Source: Candidatus Sumerlaeia bacterium
Lineage (GTDB): Bacteria; Sumerlaeota; Sumerlaeia; SLMS01
Assembly (NCBI GenBank): GCA_038208905.1
Contig: JBBQYG010000027.1
Span: forward strand, 1-32,753
DNA: 32,753 nucleotides
Direction of reading: 5' to 3'
The notes under the pieces were generated by a model, which made no database searches, was not told the origin of the DNA, and was given only the letters and a program-made list of their open reading frames with translations. Below are positions 9,891 through 19,857 of this stretch, one piece after another (within the stretch, counting starts at the first letter, position 1; each line of letters opens with the position of its first letter). The translations under genes and the position numbers were made by a program.

Positions 9891-9931
9891 AGCGGCGCGG
9901 ATCCCAACCGGGTCCGCGCCGCTCGCGTTTT
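9891..9931 (+). terminator. Probable intrinsic terminator of the ampG-GHL10 unit
   Basis: 14-bp stem AGCGGCGCGGATCC / GGGTCCGCGCCGCT (one G-U), 5-nt loop, followed by CGCGTTTT, about 30 bp after the stop codon. Confidence 0.65.
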
Positions 9932-10010
9932 GAGGGCGCCGTCCCATCCCCCCTCGCTGGGTCCACAACTTGCACAGGCATTTGGGATCACACGTCAACG
10001 GAGCAAACAA

Positions 10011-11063
10011 ATGCCACAAGTTCTCTCCTACGCGGCGCAGGGGCCCAAGACGCCCCTCGCCCCCTACACTCTGGACCGTCGCGACCCGGGACCAACCGAC
10101 GTGCAGATCGAAATCCTTCACTGCGGGGTGTGCCATTCCGACCTGCACACCGCGCGGGGCGAGTGGGAAGGCTCGGTCTTCCCCGTTGTGCCGGGGCACG
10201 AGATCGTCGGGCGCATCACCAAGGTCGGCTCCTCGGTCAAAAAGTTCAAGGAAGGCCAGATCGCGGCTGTCGGATGCTTGGTGGATTCATGCCGAACCTG
10301 TCCCAGTTGCGGGGAGGGGCTGGAGCAGTTCTGCGACAACGGGATGACCTTCACCTACAACAGCCCCGACGCCCACCTCCCCGGCAAGATGACCTACGGC
10401 GGATATTCCAAGCAGGTCGTGGTGGACGAGGCATTCGTGCTCCGCTTATCGGAGAAGGGCGACCTCGCAGCGACGGCTCCGCTTCTCTGCGCGGGAATCA
10501 CCACCTACTCTCCCCTGCGCCATTGGAAGATGGGCAAGGGACACAAGGTGGGCATCGTTGGCCTGGGTGGCCTGGGCCACATGGGCGTGAAGTTCTCCCA
10601 CGCGTTCGGTGCCCATACGGTTCTGTTCACCACGTCGCCGGGGAAGGTGGAGGATGGCAAGCGCCTTGGTGCCGACGAAGTCGTCATCTCCAAGAACCCC
10701 GACGAGATGAACGCCCACGCGGGAAGCTTTGACTTCATTCTCAACACCGTTGCCGCTTCCCACAATCTCGACCCGTTCATCAACCTACTGAAGCGCGATG
10801 GCACCCTCTGCCTGGTGGGCGCTCCCGAGCATCCGCACCCCTCGCCCTCGATCATGCCGTTGATCTTTCGTCGGCGGTCCATCGCGGGTTCTCTGATCGG
10901 TGGCATCGCGGAGACTCAGGAGATGCTGGATTTTTGCGCCGAGCGCGACATCGTGTCCGATATCGAGCCGATCGCCATGGATCAGATCGAAACCGCCTAT
11001 GCCCGGATGCTGAAGGGCGACGTAAAGTACCGGTTTGTCATCGATATGGCGACACTGCAATAG
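10011..11063 (+). CDS. NAD(P)-dependent Zn alcohol dehydrogenase (cinnamyl-ADH/YahK/AdhC family)
   Basis: CGVCHSDLH, VPGHEIVG, structural-Zn cysteines CRTCPSC...C, APLLCAGITTYSPL, GLGGLGHMG and DVKYRFVID. GGAG RBS before ATG 10011. Confidence 0.95.
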   Translation: MPQVLSYAAQGPKTPLAPYTLDRRDPGPTDVQIEILHCGVCHSDLHTARGEWEGSVFPVVPGHEIVGRITKVGSSVKKFKEGQIAAVGCLVDSCRTCPSCGEGLEQFCDNGMTFTYNSPDAHLPGKMTYGGYSKQVVVDEAFVLRLSEKGDLAATAPLLCAGITTYSPLRHWKMGKGHKVGIVGLGGLGHMGVKFSHAFGAHTVLFTTSPGKVEDGKRLGADEVVISKNPDEMNAHAGSFDFILNTVAASHNLDPFINLLKRDGTLCLVGAPEHPHPSPSIMPLIFRRRSIAGSLIGGIAETQEMLDFCAERDIVSDIEPIAMDQIETAYARMLKGDVKYRFVIDMATLQ

Positions 11064-11068
11064 CCCCA

Positions 11069-11107
11069 AAGGGCCGGCTCGGGTGAAATCCGCCCGACCC
11101 GGCCCTT
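11069..11107 (+). terminator. Strong hairpin after the ADH gene (putative terminator)
   Basis: 17-bp imperfect stem AAGGGCCGGCTCGGGTG / CGCCCGACCCGGCCCTT with loop AAATC. The U tract is weak. Confidence 0.5.
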
Positions 11108-11134
11108 GACACGCCCCCGGCCCTCCGCGACGTT
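11106..11134 (+). promoter_or_regulatory. Putative sigma70 promoter of the his operon
   Basis: TTGACA-17 bp-GACGTT, about 40 bp upstream of the hisG start. Confidence 0.4.
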
Positions 11135-11172
11135 TTCACGCCCTTGCAGGGGCTCCGTCGAAAGGAAGACCG

Positions 11173-12048
11173 TTGTCCACTCCCGCCTCCTCCAGCGATC
11201 TCCGCCTCGCCCTTCCCAAGGGCCGGATGCAGGAACAGGTCTTCAAGCTCCTCGCCGACGCAGGCATTCGGCTGACCACGGGAAGCCGCAGCTATCGCCC
11301 GGTGATTTCGCTCCCGGGCTTCGAAACCAAGATTCTCAAGCCCCAGAATATTGTGGAGATGCTGGACCTTGGCTCTCGCGATGTCGGCTTCGCCGGCGCC
11401 GACTGGGTGGCCGAGCTGAAGGCCAATGTGATCGAGGTGGTGGACACCGGCCTTGATCCCGTCCGCATCGTCGCGGCCATCCCGACCGAGTATTTGGTGA
11501 ACGGCGAGCTGCCCAAGCGCCCCCTGATCGTGGCCTCGGAGTACGAGACGCTGGCCCGCGACTGGATCGCCGCGCGCGGCCAGGGCGACAAGTTTGTCCG
11601 CAGCTACGGCGCCACGGAGGTCTTCCCGCCGGAGGACGCCGACGTGATCATCGACAACACGGCGACGGGTTCGACCCTGCGCGCCAACGGGCTCGAGATC
11701 GTCGCCACGCTGATGACTTCCTCCACGCGGATGTATGTGAATCCGCGCGTGATGGACGACAAGGTTCGGCGCCCCGCGCTGGACCGCCTTGTGCTGCTTC
11801 TGAATTCCGTCCTCGAGGCGCGCCGCCGCGTCATGATCGAGGTCAACGTCGGCGCCGACTTTCTGGAGGCCGTCGCCAAGGTGCTCCCCTCCATGCGCGA
11901 GCACACGATCTCCCAGCTCCATCACGGCGCGGGCTTTGCGCTCAAGTCTGCGGTACTGCGCAAGGACCTGCCCCATGTGATCCCGCAGCTAAAGGCAGCC
12001 GGTGGAACCGATATCGTCGTTACCGATATCGCACAGATCGTCCCCTGA
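11173..12048 (+). CDS. hisG: ATP phosphoribosyltransferase, long form with C-terminal regulatory domain
   Basis: LALPKGRM, DVGFAGADW, SYGATE and DNTATGSTLRANGL, plus the C-terminal HisG_C domain. TTG start after AAAGGAAG. Confidence 0.95.
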   Translation: MSTPASSSDLRLALPKGRMQEQVFKLLADAGIRLTTGSRSYRPVISLPGFETKILKPQNIVEMLDLGSRDVGFAGADWVAELKANVIEVVDTGLDPVRIVAAIPTEYLVNGELPKRPLIVASEYETLARDWIAARGQGDKFVRSYGATEVFPPEDADVIIDNTATGSTLRANGLEIVATLMTSSTRMYVNPRVMDDKVRRPALDRLVLLLNSVLEARRRVMIEVNVGADFLEAVAKVLPSMREHTISQLHHGAGFALKSAVLRKDLPHVIPQLKAAGGTDIVVTDIAQIVP

Positions 12049-12068
12049 CCCGAAAGCAGGTCCAGCCC

Positions 12069-13409
12069 GTGGAAAACCCAAGTGCCCAGGGAGTCGCCCC
12101 CTCGCCCGGCGTGGCGGGCGTTGTTGCCTACAGCGTGCCGAAACATGGCGCGCCGATTGACCTAAAGCTGGACGCCAACGAGGGCGAAGCCCCCGCGGAG
12201 GACATCCTTCGCCGCATCATCGAACTCGGCCCCGACGTGATGCGCCGCTATCCCGACGCCAGCGCATTGCAGGCGTTGTTGGCCGCGCGATTCGGCGCCG
12301 ATCCCGCGCGACTGATCGTGACCGCCGGGGCCGACGACGCGCTTGATCGCCTGTGCCGCGCGGTGCTGGCGCCGGGGCGCCGGCTGCTGCTGACGAATCC
12401 GTCCTTCGAAATGCTGCCGCGCTATGCACGCATCGCCGGAGCCGAGGTGGACGAGGTCCCGTGGTGGAGCGGCCCGTTCCCCACCGCCGCGTTCATCGCC
12501 GCGATCCAGCCAAGCACCACGCTCGTTGCGATGGTGACGCCGAACAATCCGACGGGGACGGTGGCGAAGCTCGCGGACTTGGAGGCGCTTTCCGCCGCGG
12601 CGCCGAATGCCATCGTGCTTCTCGATCACGCCTACGTGGAATTTGCCGACGAGGACTTTACAAAGCGCGCGCTCGCGATGCCCAACGTGGTGATCGCGCG
12701 GACGCTCAGCAAGGCGTGGGGCCTCGCGGGACTGCGCGTGGGCTATGCCATCGGGCCCGCGCCGGTGATCGGATGGATGCGCGCGTCGGGAGGGCCCTAT
12801 GCCGTGTCGCGTCCGTCGATCGCGCTGGCCGCGGCGCGTATCGAGGCCGACCGCGGAAGCGAGCGGCGCTTCGTCGCGCAGGTCCGCGCCGACCGCGCGC
12901 TGATCCACGCCACGCTGGACGAACTCGGCGTGCCTCACACCGCGTCGGAGGCGAACTTCGCCTTCGTCACGGATCCGCGCGCGCTCTGGATTCGCGATGC
13001 GCTGGCGGGCCTTGGCATTGCGATTCGCGCGTATCCCGGTCATCCGGAATTGGGGCAGTCGCTCCGCATCACCTGCCCCGGCAACGCGGAGCAGGCCGCG
13101 AGATTGGAGCAGGGCATCCGCGCCGCCATCCGGCCAGAGACGATCGTTGTCGCCTTTGCCCCATCCGACGACTGGCGCGATGCCTCGCCGATCCCGGCGG
13201 TGCGATTCCCCACCCCCGGCGACCACATCACGACCACCGGACCCGCGTGGCTGGTGTCTGACGATCCCAGCAAGCTTTCCGCCGCGCGCGCCGCGGGCAT
13301 GGTTCCCATCGGATACGATCCCGAAGGGAACAAAGCGAAGGAATTGACGGCATCGGGCGCCGCGCGCGTCCTTTCCCGTGCCAGCGACCTCAAGGAGATC
13401 CTCCCATGA
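12069..13409 (+). CDS. hisC: Histidinol-phosphate aminotransferase with a degenerate HAD-like C-terminal extension
   Basis: KLDANE, RYPD, TAGADDA, PNNPTG, DHAYVEF and [16 protein letters not shown] (PLP Lys). About 90 extra C-terminal residues. Confidence 0.93.
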   Translation: MENPSAQGVAPSPGVAGVVAYSVPKHGAPIDLKLDANEGEAPAEDILRRIIELGPDVMRRYPDASALQALLAARFGADPARLIVTAGADDALDRLCRAVLAPGRRLLLTNPSFEMLPRYARIAGAEVDEVPWWSGPFPTAAFIAAIQPSTTLVAMVTPNNPTGTVAKLADLEALSAAAPNAIVLLDHAYVEFADEDFTKRALAMPNVVIARTLSKAWGLAGLRVGYAIGPAPVIGWMRASGGPYAVSRPSIALAAARIEADRGSERRFVAQVRADRALIHATLDELGVPHTASEANFAFVTDPRALWIRDALAGLGIAIRAYPGHPELGQSLRITCPGNAEQAARLEQGIRAAIRPETIVVAFAPSDDWRDASPIPAVRFPTPGDHITTTGPAWLVSDDPSKLSAARAAGMVPIGYDPEGNKAKELTASGAARVLSRASDLKEILP

Positions 13410-13993
13410 CGCCACGTTCCGCGCGCATCGAACGCAATACGTTGGAGACGCGTATCACCCTCACGCTGACGCTCGACGGCACCGGTCAGGCGAACGTCTC
13501 CACGGGGATCGGGTTCCTCGATCACATGATCGGCGCGCTGGCCAAGCACGCGCGCTTCGATCTGGAACTGAAGTGCGATGGCGACCTGCACGTGGACGAT
13601 CACCACACGGCGGAGGATTGCGCCATCGCCCTCGGCCAGGCGCTGGACAAGGCTCTGGGAGAGCGGCGCGGCATCGCGCGCTTTGCGTCTGCCCACGCGC
13701 CGCTGGACGAATCGCTGGCCCGCGTCGTCGTGGACCTGAGCGGTCGCCCATGCGCCGTGGTGGACCTCGCACTGCGCCGCCCCAAGATCGGCGACCTGGC
13801 GTGCGAGAATATCACCCACTTCTTCGCGTCGCTTGCCACGGCATCGCGGTCGGCCATTCACGCCCATGTGCTGCATGGCGAGAACGACCACCACAAGGCC
13901 GAGGCCGCGTTCAAGGCGCTGGCACTCGCGCTGCGCGACGCGGTCAAGCGCGACGGTGGCACCGACGTGCCCAGCACGAAGGGAGTTCTCTGA
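13406..13993 (+). CDS. hisB: Imidazoleglycerol-phosphate dehydratase (monofunctional)
   Basis: [35 protein letters not shown] and PSTKGVL. No N-terminal phosphatase domain. Confidence 0.96.
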   Translation: MTPRSARIERNTLETRITLTLTLDGTGQANVSTGIGFLDHMIGALAKHARFDLELKCDGDLHVDDHHTAEDCAIALGQALDKALGERRGIARFASAHAPLDESLARVVVDLSGRPCAVVDLALRRPKIGDLACENITHFFASLATASRSAIHAHVLHGENDHHKAEAAFKALALALRDAVKRDGGTDVPSTKGVL

Positions 13994-14611
13994 ATGAGCG
14001 CTCCTAGAATTGCCGTCGTCAAGACGGGGCTTGCGAATCTGGCGTCGGTGCTCGCGGGTCTCCGCCGCGCCGGGGCGGAGCCATTCGCCACCGAGGAACC
14101 GTCCGAGGTCGCCGCCGCCTCCCATGTCATGCTTCCGGGTGTGGGGGCGTTCGGCGCCGCGATGGAGACGCTTAACGCGCGCGGCCTGACCGCCGTGCTG
14201 CGCGAGCGCGTCGCCGGGGGACGCCCCACCATGGCGATTTGCCTGGGGCTTCAACTCCTCGCGAAAGAGAGCGAGGAAACCCCCGGCATCGAGGGCCTCG
14301 CGTGCATAGACAAATCCATCGGCCGCCTTCCCGATGGTGTGCGCGTCCCCCAGCTTGGCTGGAACCACGTTGAGCCGGTAGCGGGTTGTCGCCTCCTGCG
14401 CCCGGGCTTCGCATACTTCGCCAATAGCTACTGCCTCCCCGCCGCGCCGGAGGGCTGGTCGCCTGCCTACGTCGAGCATGGCATCCGCTTCGTCGCCGCG
14501 ATGGAGAAGGGGAGTCTGCTGGCCTGCCAGTTCCACCCGGAACTGAGCGGCGCCTGGGGCCTGTCGCTCCTTAAGCGCTGGCTCGGAACCGCCACGGGGG
14601 AGGACGCCTGA
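13994..14611 (+). CDS. hisH: Imidazole glycerol phosphate synthase, glutaminase subunit
   Basis: [28 protein letters not shown] and QFHPE. Confidence 0.95.
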   Translation: MSAPRIAVVKTGLANLASVLAGLRRAGAEPFATEEPSEVAAASHVMLPGVGAFGAAMETLNARGLTAVLRERVAGGRPTMAICLGLQLLAKESEETPGIEGLACIDKSIGRLPDGVRVPQLGWNHVEPVAGCRLLRPGFAYFANSYCLPAAPEGWSPAYVEHGIRFVAAMEKGSLLACQFHPELSGAWGLSLLKRWLGTATGEDA

Positions 14612-15372
14612 TGCTGACACGACGAATCATTCCATGCCTAGATTGCCGCGATGGCCGCGTGGTAAAGGGGATCAAGTTCCAGGGCCTCCGCGACGCGGGC
14701 GATCCCGTGGAGCTTTCGCGCGCCTATGAATTGCAGGGCGCCGACGAGCTTGTGCTCCTGGACGTTTCCGCCACGCCGGAGGGCCGCGGGAATCACCTGG
14801 ATACTGTCCGCCGCGTGCGGGAGATGTTGTCTATACCTCTCACTGTGGGCGGGGGAGTGCGCACTGCTGAGAACGCGCGCGCCCTTCTGGAGGCTGGGGC
14901 AGACAAGGTTGGCGTCAACACCGCCGCCGTCACGAATCCCCAAGTCATCCGCGACATCGCGCGGAACTTTGGCAGCCAGTGCGCCGTCGTCGCCATCGAC
15001 GCGGCGCATCGCCTCGATGGGCCCGGTTGGGAGATCGTCGTGATGAGCGGACGCGAGCGCACGGGCATCGACGCCATCGAGTGGGCCCGCAAGGTCGTCC
15101 ACGAATACGAGGCTGGCGAAATCCTCCTTACAAGCTGGGATCGCGACGGCACGCGCTCGGGCTACGATCTGCCGCTCCTCACGGCAGTCTCCAGCGCCGT
15201 CAACATTCCCGTCATCGCCTCCGGCGGCGCGGCGACGCCCGCGCACCTGCTTGAGGCCATCGAGGCTGGCGCCGACGCCGTGCTGGCAGCCTCGATTTTC
15301 CACGATGGCGAATACAACGTCGGCAGCCTGAAATCCTACCTGAGCGAACGTGGAGTCGCCATCCGCCCATGA
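14611..15372 (+). CDS. hisF: Imidazole glycerol phosphate synthase, cyclase subunit
   Basis: [53 protein letters not shown] and VIASGG. Confidence 0.96.
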   Translation: MLTRRIIPCLDCRDGRVVKGIKFQGLRDAGDPVELSRAYELQGADELVLLDVSATPEGRGNHLDTVRRVREMLSIPLTVGGGVRTAENARALLEAGADKVGVNTAAVTNPQVIRDIARNFGSQCAVVAIDAAHRLDGPGWEIVVMSGRERTGIDAIEWARKVVHEYEAGEILLTSWDRDGTRSGYDLPLLTAVSSAVNIPVIASGGAATPAHLLEAIEAGADAVLAASIFHDGEYNVGSLKSYLSERGVAIRP

Positions 15373-16640
15373 TTATTCCATCGATCGACCTCATGGACGG
15401 CCAGTCCGTCCAGCTTGTGGGCGGCAAGGCCGAGTCCCGCAGCCAGGAGCGCGAGTACGGCGATCCCTTACCGCTGCTGCGCAAGTTCAGCATCGCGGGG
15501 GAGGTGGCCGTCATCGACCTCGACCGCGCGCTCGGCAAGGGCTCCAACGAGGATGTAATTCGCCGCCTCGTCAAGCAGGCGCCCTGCCGCGTGGGTGGTG
15601 GCATCCGCAGCCTGGAAGCCGCCGTGGCATGGCTCGATGCGGGCGCCGCCAAGATCATTCTGGGCACGGCGGCGAAGCCGGAGATTCTCCGCGAGCTTCC
15701 CGCCGGGCGCGTGATCGCCGCGCTGGATGCCTTCAACAACGACGTGGTGGTGGAGGGCTGGACCAAGAGCACCGGCGTCACGATCATGGATCGCCTGCGC
15801 GAGCTGCGCGAGGACGTTGGCGGATTCCTCGTCACCTTCGTGGAGCGCGAGGGCCGCCTTGGCGGAACCAACATGGAACTAGCCAGGGAGATCGTCGCCG
15901 CCGCCGGCAAGGCGCGCGTCACCTTTGCCGGCGGCATCACCACCGCTGAGGAAATCGCGGAGCTCGACAAGCTCGGCGCAGATTCCCAGGTCGGTATGGC
16001 AATATATACGGGGAGGCTCGACTTCGGCGACGCGATCTCGGCGCCGCTGGTGTCGGATCGCCCCGATGGGCTCTTTCCCACGATCGTCGCCGACGAATCG
16101 GGCGTTGTGCTTGGCATGGCCTATTCGAGCCGAGAGAGCATCCGCGCCGCCGTCGCCCGCCAGTTGGGCATCTACCAGTCGCGCAAGCGCGGCCTGTGGG
16201 TGAAGGGCGAGACCTCCGGCGCGACGCAGGAGCTCTTCGGCATCGCGCTCGACTGTGACCGCGACGCGCTGAGGTTCATCGTGCGCCAGAATGGATCGGG
16301 CTACTGCCACCTCGACCAGTTCACCTGCTTCGGCGATATCAAGGGACTAGCCCGACTCCAGCAGACGACGCAGGAACGGCGCGAGAATGCACCCTCCGGA
16401 TCCTATACCAAGCGCCTATTCGACGACGCGGCGCTGCTGCGCTCGAAGCTGGTGGAGGAGGCCGGCGAGCTCGCCGACGCCGCCACCGCCGAGGACGTGG
16501 CTTGGGAGGCCGCCGACTTGCTCTACTTCGCCTTCGTCGCCATGGCCAAGGCGGGCGTCTCCATCGCCGACGTGGAGCGCCAGCTTGACCTCCGCGCGCT
16601 GAAACTGACCCGCCGCCCCGGCAACGCAAAGGCACCGTGA
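15369..16640 (+). CDS. hisIE: Fused HisA-like isomerase / PR-AMP cyclohydrolase (HisI) / PR-ATP pyrophosphatase (HisE)
   Basis: N-terminal [29 protein letters not shown] and ILGTAA (HisA). Middle [14 protein letters not shown] and CH..TCF (HisI). C-terminal [15 protein letters not shown] and WEAADLLY (HisE). Confidence 0.92.
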   Translation: MIIPSIDLMDGQSVQLVGGKAESRSQEREYGDPLPLLRKFSIAGEVAVIDLDRALGKGSNEDVIRRLVKQAPCRVGGGIRSLEAAVAWLDAGAAKIILGTAAKPEILRELPAGRVIAALDAFNNDVVVEGWTKSTGVTIMDRLRELREDVGGFLVTFVEREGRLGGTNMELAREIVAAAGKARVTFAGGITTAEEIAELDKLGADSQVGMAIYTGRLDFGDAISAPLVSDRPDGLFPTIVADESGVVLGMAYSSRESIRAAVARQLGIYQSRKRGLWVKGETSGATQELFGIALDCDRDALRFIVRQNGSGYCHLDQFTCFGDIKGLARLQQTTQERRENAPSGSYTKRLFDDAALLRSKLVEEAGELADAATAEDVAWEAADLLYFAFVAMAKAGVSIADVERQLDLRALKLTRRPGNAKAP

Positions 16641-17896
16641 TGCTCCGCAAGGTTACCGCCGCCGAAGTCCCTTCGCTCCTCCGCGATCCCGTTGACGCGC
16701 CGACGCTGGAAGCCGCGCGCGCCATCGTGGACGACGTCAGGCACAATGGCGAATCCGTCATGCGTCTCTACGCGGAGCGCTTCGGCGAAGTCGAACCCCG
16801 CGCGCCGCTCGTGATCGGCAAGGACACGCTCCGCGCGGCATTCGAGGCGCTTCCCACCAAGGACAAGAACCTTCTTCTTCGCGTTCACGACCGCATCCGC
16901 AAGTTCGCCGAGGCCCAACGCGCGGCGATGAAGGACATCGTGGTGGAACTCCCCGGCGGTAGGGCCGGGCACTTCGTCGCGCCGGTGGAGGTCGCGGGGT
17001 GCTACGCTCCCGGCGGCGGATTTCCGCTCCCGTCTTCCGTCCTGATGACCGCCGTCACCGCGCGCGCGGCGGGCGTGCGGACGGTGATCGTCGCCAGCCC
17101 CAGGCCGCTTCCGATTGTTCGTGCAGCGGCCCACGTCGCGGGTGCCGACATGCTCCTCGCCGTGGGCGGCGCCCACGCCATCGCCGCGATGGCGTTTGGC
17201 GCGGGCGTGCCGCGATGCGATGTCATTGTCGGACCCGGGAGCAAGTGGGTCACCGCCGCCAAGCAGATCGTCTCCGGCCGCGTTGCCATCGACATGCTTG
17301 CCGGTCCGTCCGAACTCGTGGTCCTTGCCGACGATTCCGCAGATCCGTCGATCATCGCCGCGGACTTGTTGGCCCAGGCTGAGCACGGCTTCGATTCGCT
17401 TCCGATCCTCGTCACCACCAGCGCCGACCTGATCGACCGCGTGAACGCAGAGATCGCCGCACAGCTTGAATCCCTTCCCACGCGGGAAACCGCCATCGCT
17501 TCGGTTGGTGGCGGCTATGCCGTGCTCGCATCCACGCTGGACGAGGCCGTTGCCGTGGTGGATGGCATCGCGCCCGAGCACTTGGAACTCCTGATGGAGA
17601 ACGCGTCTTCGGTCGCCACGCGGCTGCGTCACTACGGCGGGCTGTTCGTTGGCGCTGGCGCGGCGGAGGTGCTGGGCGACTATGGCGCCGGGCCGAATCA
17701 CACGCTTCCCACGGGCGGCACCGCGCGATTCACCGGCGGGCTGTCGGTCTTCAACTTCCTGCGCGTTCGAACTTGGATGCGAATCGACGATCTGTGGGCT
17801 GCTCGGGAACTGGTCGAGGACGCGCGCGACCTCGCGCGTCACGAACTGCTGGAGGGCCACGCGCGCTCCGCCGAGAAGAGGCTCGTCAGGCCGTAG
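16637..17896 (+). CDS. hisD: Histidinol dehydrogenase
   Basis: GCYAPGG, VGGAHAIAA, IDMLAGPSE, LAQAEH, APEHLEL, GDYGAGPNHTLPT and EGHARS. Start overlaps the upstream stop (GTGATG). Confidence 0.96.
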   Translation: MMLRKVTAAEVPSLLRDPVDAPTLEAARAIVDDVRHNGESVMRLYAERFGEVEPRAPLVIGKDTLRAAFEALPTKDKNLLLRVHDRIRKFAEAQRAAMKDIVVELPGGRAGHFVAPVEVAGCYAPGGGFPLPSSVLMTAVTARAAGVRTVIVASPRPLPIVRAAAHVAGADMLLAVGGAHAIAAMAFGAGVPRCDVIVGPGSKWVTAAKQIVSGRVAIDMLAGPSELVVLADDSADPSIIAADLLAQAEHGFDSLPILVTTSADLIDRVNAEIAAQLESLPTRETAIASVGGGYAVLASTLDEAVAVVDGIAPEHLELLMENASSVATRLRHYGGLFVGAGAAEVLGDYGAGPNHTLPTGGTARFTGGLSVFNFLRVRTWMRIDDLWAARELVEDARDLARHELLEGHARSAEKRLVRP

Positions 17897-17911
17897 CCGA
17901 TTCTGCCGAGC

Positions 17912-18631
17912 TCAATTCTCGACGCGCCGCAGCAATCCCATCGGCGTGCATTCGCTTCCCTGGCCGAGCGGGTTGTCCTTCAGCGACGCCTCGACCAGCT
18001 TGCGGTTCACGCCCGCGCTCGCGCCCAGGACCCAGCTACCTCCGATGTCGTTCACGTCCACGATGGCGCACTCGAGTCCGGTGTGGCGGAGGACATCCGA
18101 CGCGACCTTGTCGGGATTCTTGGGGCCTAGAATCACGCAATCGGGCTGGAGCGGCGATGTTGTCGCCGCGTCGATCGTCGCTGCCTGGGGACCGGCGACG
18201 CGATAGAAGTCGCCCTTACGACCAACCATTTTGCCAAGCGCGCCCACAATCGCCGCCAGCCAGATGCGCGCGGCGCCGCACTCGTTCACGGCGCACTGCA
18301 TCGAGGACGGACGACGGAGCCCGATGCCGTAGGGCACTTTCCCGACGCAGCGCCACAGGATCCGCGCCGTCAGTCCGATCTTGATTTCCGACTCGGGGAT
18401 CGCGCGGCCCTGGGTTACGGCCACGGCCTTCTCCGAGATGAACAGCACGTCGCCGGGCTTCGCATGGGGGACGGCAAACTGGGTGATCGTCGCGATCAGG
18501 TCCGTGGAACGAACCAGCACCGGGGTCCGGATCGGCAGCCGGGCAAAGCTCCCTTCGGGGAGTTGGGTGCACAGGCGGCGGTTGGGATTCGCTTCGAAGG
18601 AGAGAGGAAGGGCGGGGGCGGCGGCGCTCAT
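17912..18631 (-). CDS. Coenzyme F420-0:gamma-glutamyl ligase (CofE)-like family protein
   Basis: LPIRTPVL, GDVLFISEKAVAVTQGR, FYRVAG..AATID, AIVDVNDIG and DNPLGQGSECTP. Start estimated at ATG 18631. Confidence 0.75.
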   Translation of the reverse strand: MSAAAPALPLSFEANPNRRLCTQLPEGSFARLPIRTPVLVRSTDLIATITQFAVPHAKPGDVLFISEKAVAVTQGRAIPESEIKIGLTARILWRCVGKVPYGIGLRRPSSMQCAVNECGAARIWLAAIVGALGKMVGRKGDFYRVAGPQAATIDAATTSPLQPDCVILGPKNPDKVASDVLRHTGLECAIVDVNDIGGSWVLGASAGVNRKLVEASLKDNPLGQGSECTPMGLLRRVEN

Positions 18632-18843
18632 CGGGAAGGGGCATCCTCGGGAGAATCTGAATCGAGGCGAGACCACATCCCGTGGCAGCACACCGTCAAC
18701 ATCAACCGCCAGAAAATGCATCAGTATCCAGTTTGGCCCTCCCGATGTTGTTTCTGGTCGTTTTTCCCCTGTGCTCTCCCCGCCCCGATAGTGAAGGCTT
18801 TTCTTGTTCGTCGGGAATCTGGCCATCAGGAGTCACCCCTATT

Positions 18844-19791
18844 GTGAGCACCGCGCCCTCAAGCGATTTCGCCGCCCTCTCAGAGGCCATCGTCGCCAGC
18901 TACGAGATCGAACCCTGCACGCGGCACATCGACATCGGTCCCCTCCCAAACCACGACGCCGTGGTGGGCGTAATCCACTTGCTGCGCGAGCTGCTGCTGC
19001 CGGGCTACTTCGGGCGTCAGAACCTGGCGTCCAAGACGCTGACGTATCACGTGGGAAGCCTTCTGGCCGATATTCATGACAAGCTGCTGGGCCAGGTGCG
19101 GGACGCGCTCCGCCACGATTGCACGCGAGGCAATGGCGAGCCGACGCCTAGCGCGGAGGAGGCGGAGGAGATCGTCCGCGATTTCCTCGGCACAATTCCG
19201 CAGCTTCGCGCGATCCTTGCCACCGACGCACGCGCTGCCTTCGAGGGCGACCCCGCCGCGCGTAGCATCGGGGAGATCATCTTCTCCTACCCGGGTTTCT
19301 TTGCGGTGCTCGTCTTCCGCATCGCCCACGAGCTGCACCTGCGCCGTGTCCCCCTGATCCCGCGCATCATGACCGAGCACGCACACAGCCTGACGGGAAT
19401 CGACATTCATCCCGGAGCCACCATCGACGAGCACTTCTTTATCGACCACGGCACCGGTGTCGTCATTGGGGAGACCACCGTCATCGGCAAGCGCGTAAAG
19501 ATTTATCAGGGCGTCACCCTCGGCGCGCTCTCCACCCGCGGGGGCCAGTCGCTTCGCGGCGTCCGCCGCCACCCGACCCTTGAGGACGATGTGACCGTGT
19601 ATTCCGGGGCCTCTATCCTTGGCGGAGAAACGGTTGTCGGCAACGGAGCCGTCATCAGCGGCAACGTCTTCGTCACCAAGTCCGTCCCCCCCAACACCCG
19701 CGTCACGGTCAAGAACCCCGAACTCCAGTATCGCGACCAGAAGCCTTCGGAGTTCCGGCAGGATATTCCGCAGGGCGATTGGGTGATCTAG
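18844..19791 (+). CDS. cysE: Serine O-acetyltransferase (long EpsC/CysE type)
   Basis: GDPAARS, YPG, TGIDIHPGA, FFIDHGTGVVIGET, IYQGVTLGA and RHPTLED. GTG 18844 follows an AGGAG RBS. Confidence 0.92.
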   Translation: MSTAPSSDFAALSEAIVASYEIEPCTRHIDIGPLPNHDAVVGVIHLLRELLLPGYFGRQNLASKTLTYHVGSLLADIHDKLLGQVRDALRHDCTRGNGEPTPSAEEAEEIVRDFLGTIPQLRAILATDARAAFEGDPAARSIGEIIFSYPGFFAVLVFRIAHELHLRRVPLIPRIMTEHAHSLTGIDIHPGATIDEHFFIDHGTGVVIGETTVIGKRVKIYQGVTLGALSTRGGQSLRGVRRHPTLEDDVTVYSGASILGGETVVGNGAVISGNVFVTKSVPPNTRVTVKNPELQYRDQKPSEFRQDIPQGDWVI

Positions 19792-19857
19792 GCTGGAATC
19801 GCAGCGCCCAACCGGGAACCTTGGGATCAGCCGGATTGTCGGAACGGGGGCGTGCTC

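Noticed and set aside
11064-11172. Possible his attenuator or leader peptide
   Set aside because: No His-codon run or short leader ORF; the hairpin lies upstream of the putative promoter and fits the ADH gene's terminator.
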